The position numbers and the translations under genes were made by a program. Below are positions 16,666 to 26,123 of a stretch of DNA of 32,000 bases, piece by piece. The number at the start of each line of letters is the position of its first letter. The stretch's first letter is position 1. Under the pieces are notes generated by a model. That model was not told the origin of the DNA. It did no database searches and saw nothing but the letters and a program-made list of their open reading frames with translations. Source of the DNA: Acholeplasma laidlawii PG-8A. GTDB taxonomy: Bacteria > Bacillota_I > Bacilli_A > Acholeplasmatales > Acholeplasmataceae. Where the stretch lies: positions 300,001-332,000 of the forward strand of contig NC_010163.1 in assembly GCF_000018785.1 (NCBI RefSeq), in the 5' to 3' direction.

Positions 16666-17516
16666 GAACTTTTATACACAGTACAGATACAAAACAAAAA
16701 TTATTTTACGCGGTTGTAAATAATAAAAAGGAAACCTTTTATTTACCCAATCGATTAGCTAAAGTATTTTTAACCATTTTAAAAAAAGGTATATTAGTAG
16801 ATTTTGAAGTGACTAGTCCCGTCATCAAGTTAGTGGATAATCATAAGGTAAGTGTTTATCCAGTATCGCATTTTAACTTGATTATGCAATTAAAACCAAA
16901 CCGTGTATTGTATGATTTAAAACAATTAAGACTAGATATGAAGCGTGTATTAAAAAAATACCAATACTTTTTATTTTTAGATCTAGAAATGTCGATGCCA
17001 GGATATAAAAAAGGACCACATATCCCTGAAATTATTCAAGTTGGTTATGTATTAGCGGATAAGGCAGGTAACGTTATTAAAGATAATGGTTATTTTGTAA
17101 GAGCTGTCCAAGAAGACGCGATTAATAAAAGAACCATTAAGTTTCTTGATCTAGATGAAAATAAATATTATGGTAAAGCACTGGATTATGATTTATTCTA
17201 TATGGATTTAGAAAACTTAATTAAAACATATAAGCCACAAATTGTAACATGGGGTAAAAATGATGTGCAAGCCCTAAATATTAGTTATGATCTTCACAAG
17301 GTAAAACCACTAACAAGTGACAAGCAGTTTATTGACCTTTTAAAACTACATAAAGATTACTTTAACTTACCAAATGATATTGGACTATTCCAAGCTTATA
17401 AAAAATACTATAAGCCAGAAGAAGAACTCGTCCAAGACCATGATGCTAGATTAGACGCAATTATTACAAAAGATGTATTTGATGCATTTATGATTCTAAT
17501 GCAAACAAGTAATTAA
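16662..17516 (+). CDS. DEDDh 3'-5' exonuclease, KapD/ERI-1-like, with a ~100-aa N-terminal extension
   Basis: Exo I LDLEMS, Exo II-like TWGKNDVQAL and Exo III HDARLDA motifs. ATGA overlap with the uvrC stop. SD AAGGAAGG. Confidence 0.7.
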   Translation: MRTFIHSTDTKQKLFYAVVNNKKETFYLPNRLAKVFLTILKKGILVDFEVTSPVIKLVDNHKVSVYPVSHFNLIMQLKPNRVLYDLKQLRLDMKRVLKKYQYFLFLDLEMSMPGYKKGPHIPEIIQVGYVLADKAGNVIKDNGYFVRAVQEDAINKRTIKFLDLDENKYYGKALDYDLFYMDLENLIKTYKPQIVTWGKNDVQALNISYDLHKVKPLTSDKQFIDLLKLHKDYFNLPNDIGLFQAYKKYYKPEEELVQDHDARLDAIITKDVFDAFMILMQTSN

Positions 17517-17522
17517 GAAAAT

Positions 17523-17548
17523 AGAGTTCAAATATTAACTCTTTTTTT
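17523..17548 (+). terminator. intrinsic terminator
   Basis: AGAGTT (17523-17528) pairs with AACTCT (17537-17542), followed by T6. Confidence 0.6.
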
Positions 17549-17623
17549 ATGGTGTAAATTGTAATAAAATTTAATCATATTTTTTTATAATGTAACTATA
17601 TTAAGTGAAAGTAGATAAAAATT

Positions 17624-18829
17624 ATGCAAAACTGGAAAAAGATGATTGTTTTATTTATGGTGAGTCAAACAATATCACTATTAGGTTCTATGCTTGTAAT
17701 GTATGCGATTATGTGGCATATTACTTTAAGCACATCATCTGGTTTAATGATGACTATCTATGTGCTTTGTTCATTCATTCCAGGTATTATAATGATGCCG
17801 TTTGCTGGTGTTTGGGCTGATAGGTTAGATAGAAAGAAATTGATGATCTATGCAGATTTATTAATTGCTTTTGTAACACTTATCATAGCTATTGTATTTA
17901 TTATAGGCATCAGAGATTTATGGATTGTTTTTATAGTTGCAGTCATCAGAGCATTTGGCCAAGCCATTCATCAACCAGCAGTTTTAGCAGTGTATCCATC
18001 AATTGTACCTAAAGATAAACTACTCAAAGTACAAGGGATATCTCAAGGTATACAGTCGGCATCTTTAATTATTATGCCTTTATTAGCAGGGTTACTACTT
18101 TCTTTATTTGAGATTGAATTCATCTTATTTATAGATGTTGTTACAGCGTTAATTGCAGTGGTCATGTTACTTACCGTGATTCATATACCTAAAAATGTTA
18201 ATAAACAACATATGAATGAAATCAAATATATGGAAGATATTAAAAATGGGATTAAATACGCTAGACAACATAAACTTATTTTTAGTATATTAATGTTTGC
18301 TTTTGTGTATATGATACTTGTTGCCGCACCTTCTTTTTTAACATACCTTCAAGTTGCTAGAGTATTTGGCCCTGAGGCATGGCGTTTATCTATACTAGAA
18401 ACATTATTTGGTGTAGGTATGTTGTTAGGTTCAATCGTGATTGCGCTTTGGGGTGGGTTTAAAAATAGAATGGTTACTTTCTTTTTAAGTTACATGATGA
18501 TTGGTATAGGGACAATGGGATTGGGGTTACCATTTAACTTTTGGGTTTATGTATCTATGTGGTCTTTTGTAGGATTTTTTATATCGATAAGTAGCCCAAT
18601 TATGACTACACTTATACAAGAAAAAGTAGACCCTGAATATATTGGGAGAATATTTTCTGTGTTTGGTTTAATTAATACGGTAAGTTTACCACTGGGTATG
18701 TTATTATTTGGACCCCTATCAGATGTTGTAGATATATCTTTAATTATATTACTTAGTGGATTAGGCATGGTAGTTCTATCATCAATAATGATGTTTAACA
18801 AAACACTCATTAAAGAAGGGTTTAAGTAA
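17624..18829 (+). CDS. MFS transporter (12-TM, efflux-like)
   Basis: 401 aa, hydrophobic throughout, with the loop 2-3 motif GVWADRLDRKK. Confidence 0.8.
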   Translation: MQNWKKMIVLFMVSQTISLLGSMLVMYAIMWHITLSTSSGLMMTIYVLCSFIPGIIMMPFAGVWADRLDRKKLMIYADLLIAFVTLIIAIVFIIGIRDLWIVFIVAVIRAFGQAIHQPAVLAVYPSIVPKDKLLKVQGISQGIQSASLIIMPLLAGLLLSLFEIEFILFIDVVTALIAVVMLLTVIHIPKNVNKQHMNEIKYMEDIKNGIKYARQHKLIFSILMFAFVYMILVAAPSFLTYLQVARVFGPEAWRLSILETLFGVGMLLGSIVIALWGGFKNRMVTFFLSYMMIGIGTMGLGLPFNFWVYVSMWSFVGFFISISSPIMTTLIQEKVDPEYIGRIFSVFGLINTVSLPLGMLLFGPLSDVVDISLIILLSGLGMVVLSSIMMFNKTLIKEGFK

Positions 18830-18838
18830 AAATAAGCG

Positions 18839-18868
18839 AAAAAAAAGATGACGGTAGTCATCTTTTTT
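18839..18868. terminator. bidirectional intrinsic terminator (MFS / rnj)
   Basis: AAGATGAC (18845-18852) pairs with GTCATCTT (18857-18864), with an A-run before and a T-run after. Confidence 0.8.
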
Positions 18869-18871
18869 GAA

Positions 18872-20554
18872 CTATATATTCATAATAATTGGTAAAATCA
18901 TTGGTTTTCTTAAAGTGATATCATATATTTTGTCACTTAATTGATCAATGATCATTTGTTTTAAGTTGAGTTCATTATAACTCTTCTTTGGTAATTCTCT
19001 TAAAGTAATATGTTTAACCATGCTAGCTAAACTTGAAGTTAATTCTTCATTACCCTTCATATAAATGAAACCACGTGAGATTACAGTTGGCTCATTGATT
19101 AATGTTTTAGTTTCTAAGTCAATAGATAGGATTACTGAGAATAAACCTTCTTCAGATAATATCTTTCGTTCTCTTAAGACATTAGAACCGATATTACCAA
19201 TACCTGTACCATCAATATAAATATCTCCGGCTTGGACTTTACCTGCATAACGAATGCTTTCTTTATTAAGTGCTGCAACATCACCATTATCCATAATTAA
19301 TATATTATTTGGATCAACACCACACTCAACTGCTAATTGTTTATGACGTTTGAGCATTCGATGTTCACCGTGCATTGGTATAAAGTGTTTAGGTTTTACG
19401 AGTGTTAACATAAGTTTTAAGTCTGGTCCACTACCATGACCTGATGTATGTGTATCTGTAATAGGTCCATGGGTAATGACGTTTACATCATTTCTGAACA
19501 AGAGGTTAATGGTTTTATTAATTGGATCTTGATTACCAGGAATTGGAGAAGAAGAAAAAATTACAGTATCACCTTTAACAGTTTTAATTTGTCTGTGTGA
19601 GCCATTAGCAATTCTTGATAAAGCTGCTAAAGGTTCACCTTGAGAACCTGTAACTAATATACATGTTTCCTCTAAGGTATATTTTTTTAATTCCTCAGGT
19701 CCAACAATTGTACCCTTTTTAGGTTTAATATAACCAGATTGTTGTCCGGCTTCAATGGTTCTTTCCATGGAACGGCCAAATACCGCGATTTTACGACCGG
19801 TTAATTCGGCAGCTTCAATGATTTGTTGAATTCTATAAAGGTTAGATGCGAAGGTTGCGATAATAATTCTACCAGGGATTCTAGTAAAGAGTTCATTAAT
19901 AGAACGTCCTACTTTAGATTCAGATTGAATTAAACCGTCTTGTTCAGCATTTGTAGAGTCTGATACTAAAAGAAGTGTACCTTCTTGGCCTAAATTTGCT
20001 AATTTTTCATATTCTGCATGTGGTCCTACTGGTGTGTAGTCGATTTTAAAATCACCTGTATGAAATAATGGTCCCTCAGGCGTTCTAAACACAATACCAA
20101 ACATATCTGGAATAGAGTGGTTTAATCTAATAAAGGATACAACCACATCTTTAAAGTTATAGGTATAGTAGGATTTATATTCTTCAATTTTAGGTGCACG
20201 TAAATCTTTATGTTCACCTAATTTATATTCAATTAAATCAACAGCAATACCAGAAGCATAGATTCTTGGAATCTTTACTTGACGTAATAAATAAGGTATA
20301 CCACCAATATGATCCTCATGACCATGCGTTATGAATAAACCTACAATACGGTCCTCATTTTCTTTTAAATAAGTATAATCTGGAATCACATAATCAATAC
20401 CTAGTAGATCATCATCGGGAAAAAGGATCCCTGCGTCCACTACAAAAATTTGATTATTTATTTCATATACATAGGTATTTTTACCTACTTCACCTAATCC
20501 ACCTAGCGCAAAAACTCCGATTTCGCCGGTTTTCAACAACGTGTTTTTTGACAT
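18872..20554 (-). CDS. rnj: ribonuclease J
   Basis: Metallo-beta-lactamase HGHEDHIGG, a beta-CASP region and a C-terminal domain. 560 aa. Confidence 0.93.
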   Translation of the reverse strand: MSKNTLLKTGEIGVFALGGLGEVGKNTYVYEINNQIFVVDAGILFPDDDLLGIDYVIPDYTYLKENEDRIVGLFITHGHEDHIGGIPYLLRQVKIPRIYASGIAVDLIEYKLGEHKDLRAPKIEEYKSYYTYNFKDVVVSFIRLNHSIPDMFGIVFRTPEGPLFHTGDFKIDYTPVGPHAEYEKLANLGQEGTLLLVSDSTNAEQDGLIQSESKVGRSINELFTRIPGRIIIATFASNLYRIQQIIEAAELTGRKIAVFGRSMERTIEAGQQSGYIKPKKGTIVGPEELKKYTLEETCILVTGSQGEPLAALSRIANGSHRQIKTVKGDTVIFSSSPIPGNQDPINKTINLLFRNDVNVITHGPITDTHTSGHGSGPDLKLMLTLVKPKHFIPMHGEHRMLKRHKQLAVECGVDPNNILIMDNGDVAALNKESIRYAGKVQAGDIYIDGTGIGNIGSNVLRERKILSEEGLFSVILSIDLETKTLINEPTVISRGFIYMKGNEELTSSLASMVKHITLRELPKKSYNELNLKQMIIDQLSDKIYDITLRKPMILPIIMNI

Positions 20555-20665
20555 CTATTTAACCTCGTAACGTAAAATTATGTTAATTACATTATACACT
20601 ATAATTTCAAAATTATAAAACTTTTGTTTCATGATAAAATAGTTAGTGTAAAGATTGAGGTACTT

Positions 20666-21445
20666 ATGAAGAAATTATTTGTATTTGATTTAGATAATAC
20701 ACTACGATCAACCAATTTAAGAAAAATCTTACCAAATACTAAAAAGCTGATTCAAGAAATATCTGCAAATCCGGATTATGTGCTTGCACTTGCAACCGGT
20801 AGAGGATTAGCAAAATTAGATGTCCTAGAAGATATGGACTCATTTTTTAAATATAAAATCTTAGTCAATGGTGCCATTACCTTAGAAGATAATCTCATCT
20901 TAAATGAAAATCATATTAAAAAAGAAGTTGTTGAAGATATCATAAATGCAGCTAATCAAAGAAATATTGCAGTAGGCTTAGTTGGCATGAAGGATGAGGT
21001 CGTCACTTTTATAGATAAAGAAGTAGAAAAAGCATTTGATAATTTTGTCGACAAAAAACCAAAAGCACAACCCACATTTTATCTAGAACAACATGTATAT
21101 CAAATGTGGGTCTTTCATAAAGATGAAAAGATGCTTGAAAAAGAAATTAGGCAACACCAAGATTTAGAAATATATCATTGGCATGATGGTGGTTTTGATA
21201 TTGTACCTAAAGGGATATCTAAAGCATCAGCACTTAAAGAACTGATGAAGAAATATCCGGATTATCAAGTGATTGCTGTAGGCGATGGACATAATGATCT
21301 AGATATGATACGATTAGCTGATGTCGGTATCATCATGAAAATTTCACGTGGGATTAAAGATGCACAAGGAAGTTTTCAATATGTAGCACCTCATGTAGAT
21401 CATGATGCGCTCTATGATTTTTTAAAAACACAACACATCATATAA
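20666..21445 (+). CDS. Cof-type HAD-IIB family hydrolase
   Basis: FVFDLDNTL (motif I) and GDGHNDLDM (motif IV). ATG 20666 is preceded by GAGGT. The TTG at 20624 in the track lacks an SD. Confidence 0.8.
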   Translation: MKKLFVFDLDNTLRSTNLRKILPNTKKLIQEISANPDYVLALATGRGLAKLDVLEDMDSFFKYKILVNGAITLEDNLILNENHIKKEVVEDIINAANQRNIAVGLVGMKDEVVTFIDKEVEKAFDNFVDKKPKAQPTFYLEQHVYQMWVFHKDEKMLEKEIRQHQDLEIYHWHDGGFDIVPKGISKASALKELMKKYPDYQVIAVGDGHNDLDMIRLADVGIIMKISRGIKDAQGSFQYVAPHVDHDALYDFLKTQHII

Positions 21446-21457
21446 GGAGTTAACAAA

Positions 21458-22363
21458 ATGTATAAGACATATGTATTAGAAAATGATTATTTAAAAGTAG
21501 AAGCAATTGATTATGCTGCAAGCATCTATCAAATATATCTAAAAGACAATGGTACGCTAAAACCATTACTTGCAACACCTAAAACAAAAGATTTATTTAT
21601 TGAAAATACACTTAATTATGGACGTACTGTTGGTCGTACAGCAGGTAGGTTATATCCTACTGAAGATACAATAAAGTATGTAGACTTTAAAGGTGAACCA
21701 AGCTATATGCATGGTGGTCCAAATAGATTTGGTACAAAGACTTTTAAGGTTAGAAAACACACAAGTGATTCCATAGAATTTGAATTAAATGTCAAAGACA
21801 TGTCAGATGGTTACCTGGGTAACTTAAATGTTTTAATAACTTATAGAATATTCCAAGGTAGTTTGGTTGTTTGGCATCAAGCTAAATCTGATAAAGACAC
21901 TTTACTTAACTTAACTTTCCACCCATATTTTAATTTAGAACAGTCAAATCATATAAGAAATCATGAATTAAAAATTGAATCTTCAACATACCTTTCCCAA
22001 AATGAACATAAGATCTTTGCTTATGAAAATGATGTAGAAGGTACACATAGAGATTTTAGAACCTTTAAACCTTTAATCATTAACGAACATAATGCCTTAG
22101 ACGATATTTACTTACTACCTAAAGATAGATATACTGCAACCCTAAGAACCAAGGATATCCAAATGCAAGTATATACAAACTATCCAGCACTTGTTGTTTA
22201 TACTCAAAAAAAAGTCAATAACACTGATTTAGTCAATGCTAAAAAAGATGAACTTTATACAGGTGTAGCAATTGAATGTCAAAAGAGCCAAAAAGATTTA
22301 AATGTGCTTAAACATGATCGTGTATATGATCACTATATCATGTATAGTTTTAATAAAATATAA
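21458..22363 (+). CDS. aldose 1-epimerase family protein
   Basis: MHGGPNRF and FHPYFNL motifs typical of the mutarotase fold. SD TAAGGAG. Confidence 0.75.
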   Translation: MYKTYVLENDYLKVEAIDYAASIYQIYLKDNGTLKPLLATPKTKDLFIENTLNYGRTVGRTAGRLYPTEDTIKYVDFKGEPSYMHGGPNRFGTKTFKVRKHTSDSIEFELNVKDMSDGYLGNLNVLITYRIFQGSLVVWHQAKSDKDTLLNLTFHPYFNLEQSNHIRNHELKIESSTYLSQNEHKIFAYENDVEGTHRDFRTFKPLIINEHNALDDIYLLPKDRYTATLRTKDIQMQVYTNYPALVVYTQKKVNNTDLVNAKKDELYTGVAIECQKSQKDLNVLKHDRVYDHYIMYSFNKI

Positions 22364-22369
22364 ACCTAT

Positions 22370-22394
22370 AAAGACCAGTTGATGACTGGTCTTT
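22370..22394 (+). terminator. intrinsic terminator
   Basis: AAAGACCAGT (22370-22379) pairs with ACTGGTCTTT (22385-22394). Confidence 0.75.
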
Positions 22395-22474
22395 ATGCTT
22401 AAAATTCACATATAATGCCTTATGAAAACCATGTTATAATAATAAGTAATATAAATAAAAAGTAGGTAATCACC

Positions 22475-23416
22475 ATGTTATTTGATGCACATGCAGATAT
22501 TTTAACAGATATCTATGAACAACTAAAAATAGGTAATAAAGACCCATTTACAACAAGACATTTAAATCATTATAAAAATAGTGGTATCACACACAGTATT
22601 TTTGTAAATTGGACTGATCCAGATAAAGGCACTAGAACAGATTTTTATAACTGCTTTGATGTAGCTATAAACTACATCAAGGGAAAATCGAACCTTTTTA
22701 AAATATGCTATAACACAAAAGATGTAAAAGAAGCAGTTAGTTTAAATAAACTTGGTGTATTTTTAGGTGTAGAGGGTATCAAATATTTAGATAAACCAGA
22801 AGACATAGAACTACTCTATGAAAAAGGGGTTCGTCATGCATCACTAACATGGAATGAAGTCAATGATTATGCAACAGGTTTATCCAGTGTAGAAACAGGG
22901 ATTACACCTAAAGGAAAAGAAGCTATTAAAAAAATGATGGAACTAGGTATGTTAATTGATCTTAGCCATGCCAATGAAAAAACATTTAAAGATGTTTTTG
23001 ATTTAGCAACTAAACCACTTGTTGTAACACACGGTAATGCAAAAGCGCTTTGTAATCATAAAAGAAACTACACAGATGAACAACTTCAAATGATTAAAGA
23101 TAAAAATGGAGTCATTGGTGTATGTGCTGTACCTAATTTCATATCGGGAGAAAAGACAAATCAAAATGTTTCCTATTTAGCGAAACATATTGACTACATT
23201 GTAAAACTTATAGGTATTGATCATGTAGGCATTGGACTTGATGTATGTTACTACTTATATGAAGATGTTACAAGTACACATGTAGAAGGGCTTCAAACAA
23301 TTAAAGATGCTAAAAATTTACTGAATGAACTCATCAAATTAGGCTATTCTAAAGAGGATATTGAAAAGATATCCTATAAAAACTTTCATAGAGTTTTAGA
23401 TGAAGTATTAAAATAG
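22475..23416 (+). CDS. dipeptidase, peptidase family M19
   Basis: N-terminal FDAHADIL, plus HASLTWNE, DLSHAN and THGNAKAL metal-ligand regions. Confidence 0.85.
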   Translation: MLFDAHADILTDIYEQLKIGNKDPFTTRHLNHYKNSGITHSIFVNWTDPDKGTRTDFYNCFDVAINYIKGKSNLFKICYNTKDVKEAVSLNKLGVFLGVEGIKYLDKPEDIELLYEKGVRHASLTWNEVNDYATGLSSVETGITPKGKEAIKKMMELGMLIDLSHANEKTFKDVFDLATKPLVVTHGNAKALCNHKRNYTDEQLQMIKDKNGVIGVCAVPNFISGEKTNQNVSYLAKHIDYIVKLIGIDHVGIGLDVCYYLYEDVTSTHVEGLQTIKDAKNLLNELIKLGYSKEDIEKISYKNFHRVLDEVLK

Positions 23417-23599
23417 AACACCTGATTTTATGTAAAAAATTTAGGCACATAGAGTAAGCATCAATTGATACATTTATAAAGGAATAAGTATATTGTTTCA
23501 TCAATTAAAGGTTTGATTACAATATCTACCAATAAATATAACTTGTTGTACGTTTCTTTCATTATTTAAAATTTTGTTACCAGTTAAACTTAAAGATTA

Positions 23600-23986
23600 C
23601 CTTATATAATACACTTCTAATTTAGAGACTCCAAAACAGGATTGAATTGGTCTGATAAAACGAACTATTCATTAAATATATGTGTATGAAGAAAATTTTT
23701 TGTTATTAATGCCACACCAGTAATAATTTATTTAAAACCCATACAAAGGCAAAAAAACACAAAAATAATATTTTTACTTTACAAAAGGCAAAAAGATAAT
23801 GCTACTAAGTATGTTCAAGTTACCTTAAGTATGCCTACAAATAGTACTAGACAAACAGATAACTTACTTGTAGTGAAAGATAATTATGAAAGAATCATCG
23901 TAACCTATGATTATAAGGATGTTGGTGTAATTGATGGTATAAAGATTGTTCATTTAACCACATTTTTAGATGGTTCGTTCGAATGA
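23600..23986 (+). pseudogene. degraded 3' remnant of an AAA-ATPase / DUF4143-type gene
   Basis: Frame 2 is open over 23690-23986 and reads ..KIIFLLYKRQKDNATKYVQVTLSM..VVKDNYERIIVTYD..DGIKIVHLTTFL. This resembles the conserved tail of DUF4143 ATPases. Upstream similarity (FRDSKTGLNWSDKTNYSL) is broken by stops at 23687-23689 and earlier. No N-terminal P-loop part is present. Confidence 0.5.
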
Positions 23987-24226
23987 AATATAAATTAAAT
24001 AGACAGCTATTATATTAAAAGATCTCAAATGGAAATCTAATAGATTTTATAAGCCGGCAAGAGGTAGATAAAACCGCTTTTCGTTGCTATGAAGGAATCC
24101 TTGTTTATACTGAGCGATATCATTCACAATTAAGTACATAAAATATTTCCAATATGATTTTAAACTACAGAAAGAAAGGAAGTTATACTCTAACTATGAT
24201 TATTGTTTTGAGTATATAAATACAAC

Positions 24227-24895
24227 ATGCCAAAACTTATAGGTATTACACCAAGACTTCTCACAGAGTCTGGTGTTGAAAAACAATTTATAAATACTAG
24301 ATATATTAAACATCTTACCCAAAGAGGATTTAATACGATCCAAATCAACTTAGATAATCCAAATAATGATGCTATCTTTGACATGTGTGATGCATTTTTA
24401 ATCACAGGTGGTACAGATGTAGACCCTATTCATTTTAATGAAACAAATGAAGGATTATCTAAAAATGTAGATAGTAGACTAGATTTAATCGATCAACAGA
24501 TTACAGAGTATGCGATAAAATCAAAAAAACCACTTTTAGGTATTTGTCGAGGTCTTCAAACAATTAATGTGTTTGCAGGTGGCTCTTTACACCAAGATTT
24601 AAAAGATTTAAATGCTACACATAACAGTGTAAAAAGTGATCATGAAGTGACTATTAAACATCATCCGTTATTTGGTTTTGAAGGCGTAATTAAGGTAAAT
24701 AGTTATCATCATCAAGCCATTAAGGATGTAGCACCTTCATTTGATGTTATAGGAAGACATATCGATGGAACCATTGAAATGATTGTACACAAAACATTAC
24801 CGATATTTGCAGTACAGTGGCATCCTGAAATAGATGCCCAACTACCTTTTTCTAAAGTAATATTTGATACTTTTGAAAGATTGGTAAAAAAATAA
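24227..24895 (+). CDS. gamma-glutamyl hydrolase-like class I glutamine amidotransferase (peptidase C26)
   Basis: LLGICRGLQ (nucleophile Cys), HHQA and QWHPE motifs. No obvious SD. TATATA/TATAAA lies 7-9 nt before the ATG. Confidence 0.8.
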   Translation: MPKLIGITPRLLTESGVEKQFINTRYIKHLTQRGFNTIQINLDNPNNDAIFDMCDAFLITGGTDVDPIHFNETNEGLSKNVDSRLDLIDQQITEYAIKSKKPLLGICRGLQTINVFAGGSLHQDLKDLNATHNSVKSDHEVTIKHHPLFGFEGVIKVNSYHHQAIKDVAPSFDVIGRHIDGTIEMIVHKTLPIFAVQWHPEIDAQLPFSKVIFDTFERLVKK

Positions 24896-25066
24896 TAAAG
24901 CATGTGTAATTCAACAAATGGATATTGTTTTACATAATAGATTAACCATGGTGTAAGACAAAACTTGATTTTATAACTACACTACCACCTTTCAAATTTC
25001 ATATGTTTTAATATATAAAAACCATGTCCAAACCTAAAGTTTTAGTTATATTGAATAAGATGATAA

Positions 25067-25361
25067 CTTTGGTACTCATTTAGTGAAAGATTTACGTGTT
25101 ATTAGAACCGAAATTCAAGTTCTCTTGATTGATTTACAGTGGATGTTAAAGTTATTATTGGAAGTCTTGCATTTAGTAGAATACCAACACTAGAAACTAT
25201 ATATGACTGATTAAATAGAATTTGTAGGTGAATATATATTTGACCAATCAAATAATGTAACTATCTATATAAAGGGCCAAAATCTTATTGGTTACGATCC
25301 TAAATGGAATGATAACCGTAATCAACTAGAGCACGAAAGAAATATAATATATCAATCATAA
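25067..25361 (+). pseudogene. remnant of a BspA-like leucine-rich-repeat surface protein (C-terminal end only)
   Basis: ..FSERFTCY*..VKVIIGSLAFSRIPTLETIYD* has in-frame stops at 25103 and 25130. A frame change then gives EFVGEYIFDQSNNVTIYIKGQNLIGYDPKWNDN.., which resembles the usual tail of these proteins. Confidence 0.4.
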
Positions 25362-25363
25362 AT

Positions 25364-25419
25364 AAAAGACCACTTGATTTTGTTAAATGTGATTTAACAA
25401 TGCACTCAAGTGGTCTTTT
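25364..25419. terminator. long compound hairpin directly after the coaD stop
   Basis: Perfect 14-bp outer stem (25364-25377 / 25406-25419) enclosing a perfect 9-bp inner stem (25380-25388 / 25392-25400). Confidence 0.6.
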
Positions 25420-25420
25420 A

Positions 25421-25924
25421 TTATTTAAGTTTTGATAATTTCTTTATAACCATATCTATAATTTGTTCAGGGATATATAAAGATATATCCGCATCATGAT
25501 ATACAAGTTCTTTAATACTAGAACTAGAGACAAAATGATTTCTAGAAGAAGGGAATAATACGACTGTTTCTACATTTGGATTTAAGTTCTTATTAAACTG
25601 GTATAACATATACTCGTTTTCATAATCGGCAATATTTCTAAGTCCTCTAAAGAGTACCTTAATACTATGCTTATCAGCATATCTTACGACCAAATCAGAT
25701 GTATAGCTAATTAATATGTTGGGAATGTGAGCAGTAGATTTTTTTATCATTTCTACACGTTCTTCAGCTGTAAAAGAAAACTTCTTTTTAGGGTTATCTG
25801 CAATAACGATGTGTAACACATCTACCAGTTCAGATGCACGCTCAATAACATCTAAATGCCCTAGTGTAAGTGGGTCAAATGAACCTGGATATAGTCCTTT
25901 TTTCATAACGGTGTTTTTAGACAT
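25421..25924 (-). CDS. coaD: pantetheine-phosphate adenylyltransferase
   Basis: YPGSFDPLTLGHLDVIERA nucleotidyltransferase motif. The start could be ATG 25924 or 25906; neither has a strong SD. Confidence 0.9.
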   Translation of the reverse strand: MSKNTVMKKGLYPGSFDPLTLGHLDVIERASELVDVLHIVIADNPKKKFSFTAEERVEMIKKSTAHIPNILISYTSDLVVRYADKHSIKVLFRGLRNIADYENEYMLYQFNKNLNPNVETVVLFPSSRNHFVSSSSIKELVYHDADISLYIPEQIIDMVIKKLSKLK

Positions 25925-26032
25925 TTAACTCGAATTTATTGGAGTAAATATCTTGTCCTTTCAATTTCTTTTCCTATATAGATATTTTTTGCAGCATATC
26001 TATTAATATTTTAACACATTTGTGTTTTTATC

Positions 26033-26108
26033 TTGTTATTTAGTTGTATAAATGCTATAATTTTTTATAGAAGATGAGTGGGGCTGTATTAGTTCTCACT
26101 TCTTTTTT
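26033..26108 (+). promoter_or_regulatory. rimP-nusA operon promoter plus a leader hairpin with a U-run
   Basis: TTGTTA (26033-26038), 17 nt, TATAAT (26056-26061). The leader hairpin is AGAAG(A)TGAG (26069-26078) / CTCACTTCT (26095-26103), followed by T5. Confidence 0.5.
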
Positions 26109-26123
26109 GAAGAGGTAATGTAT

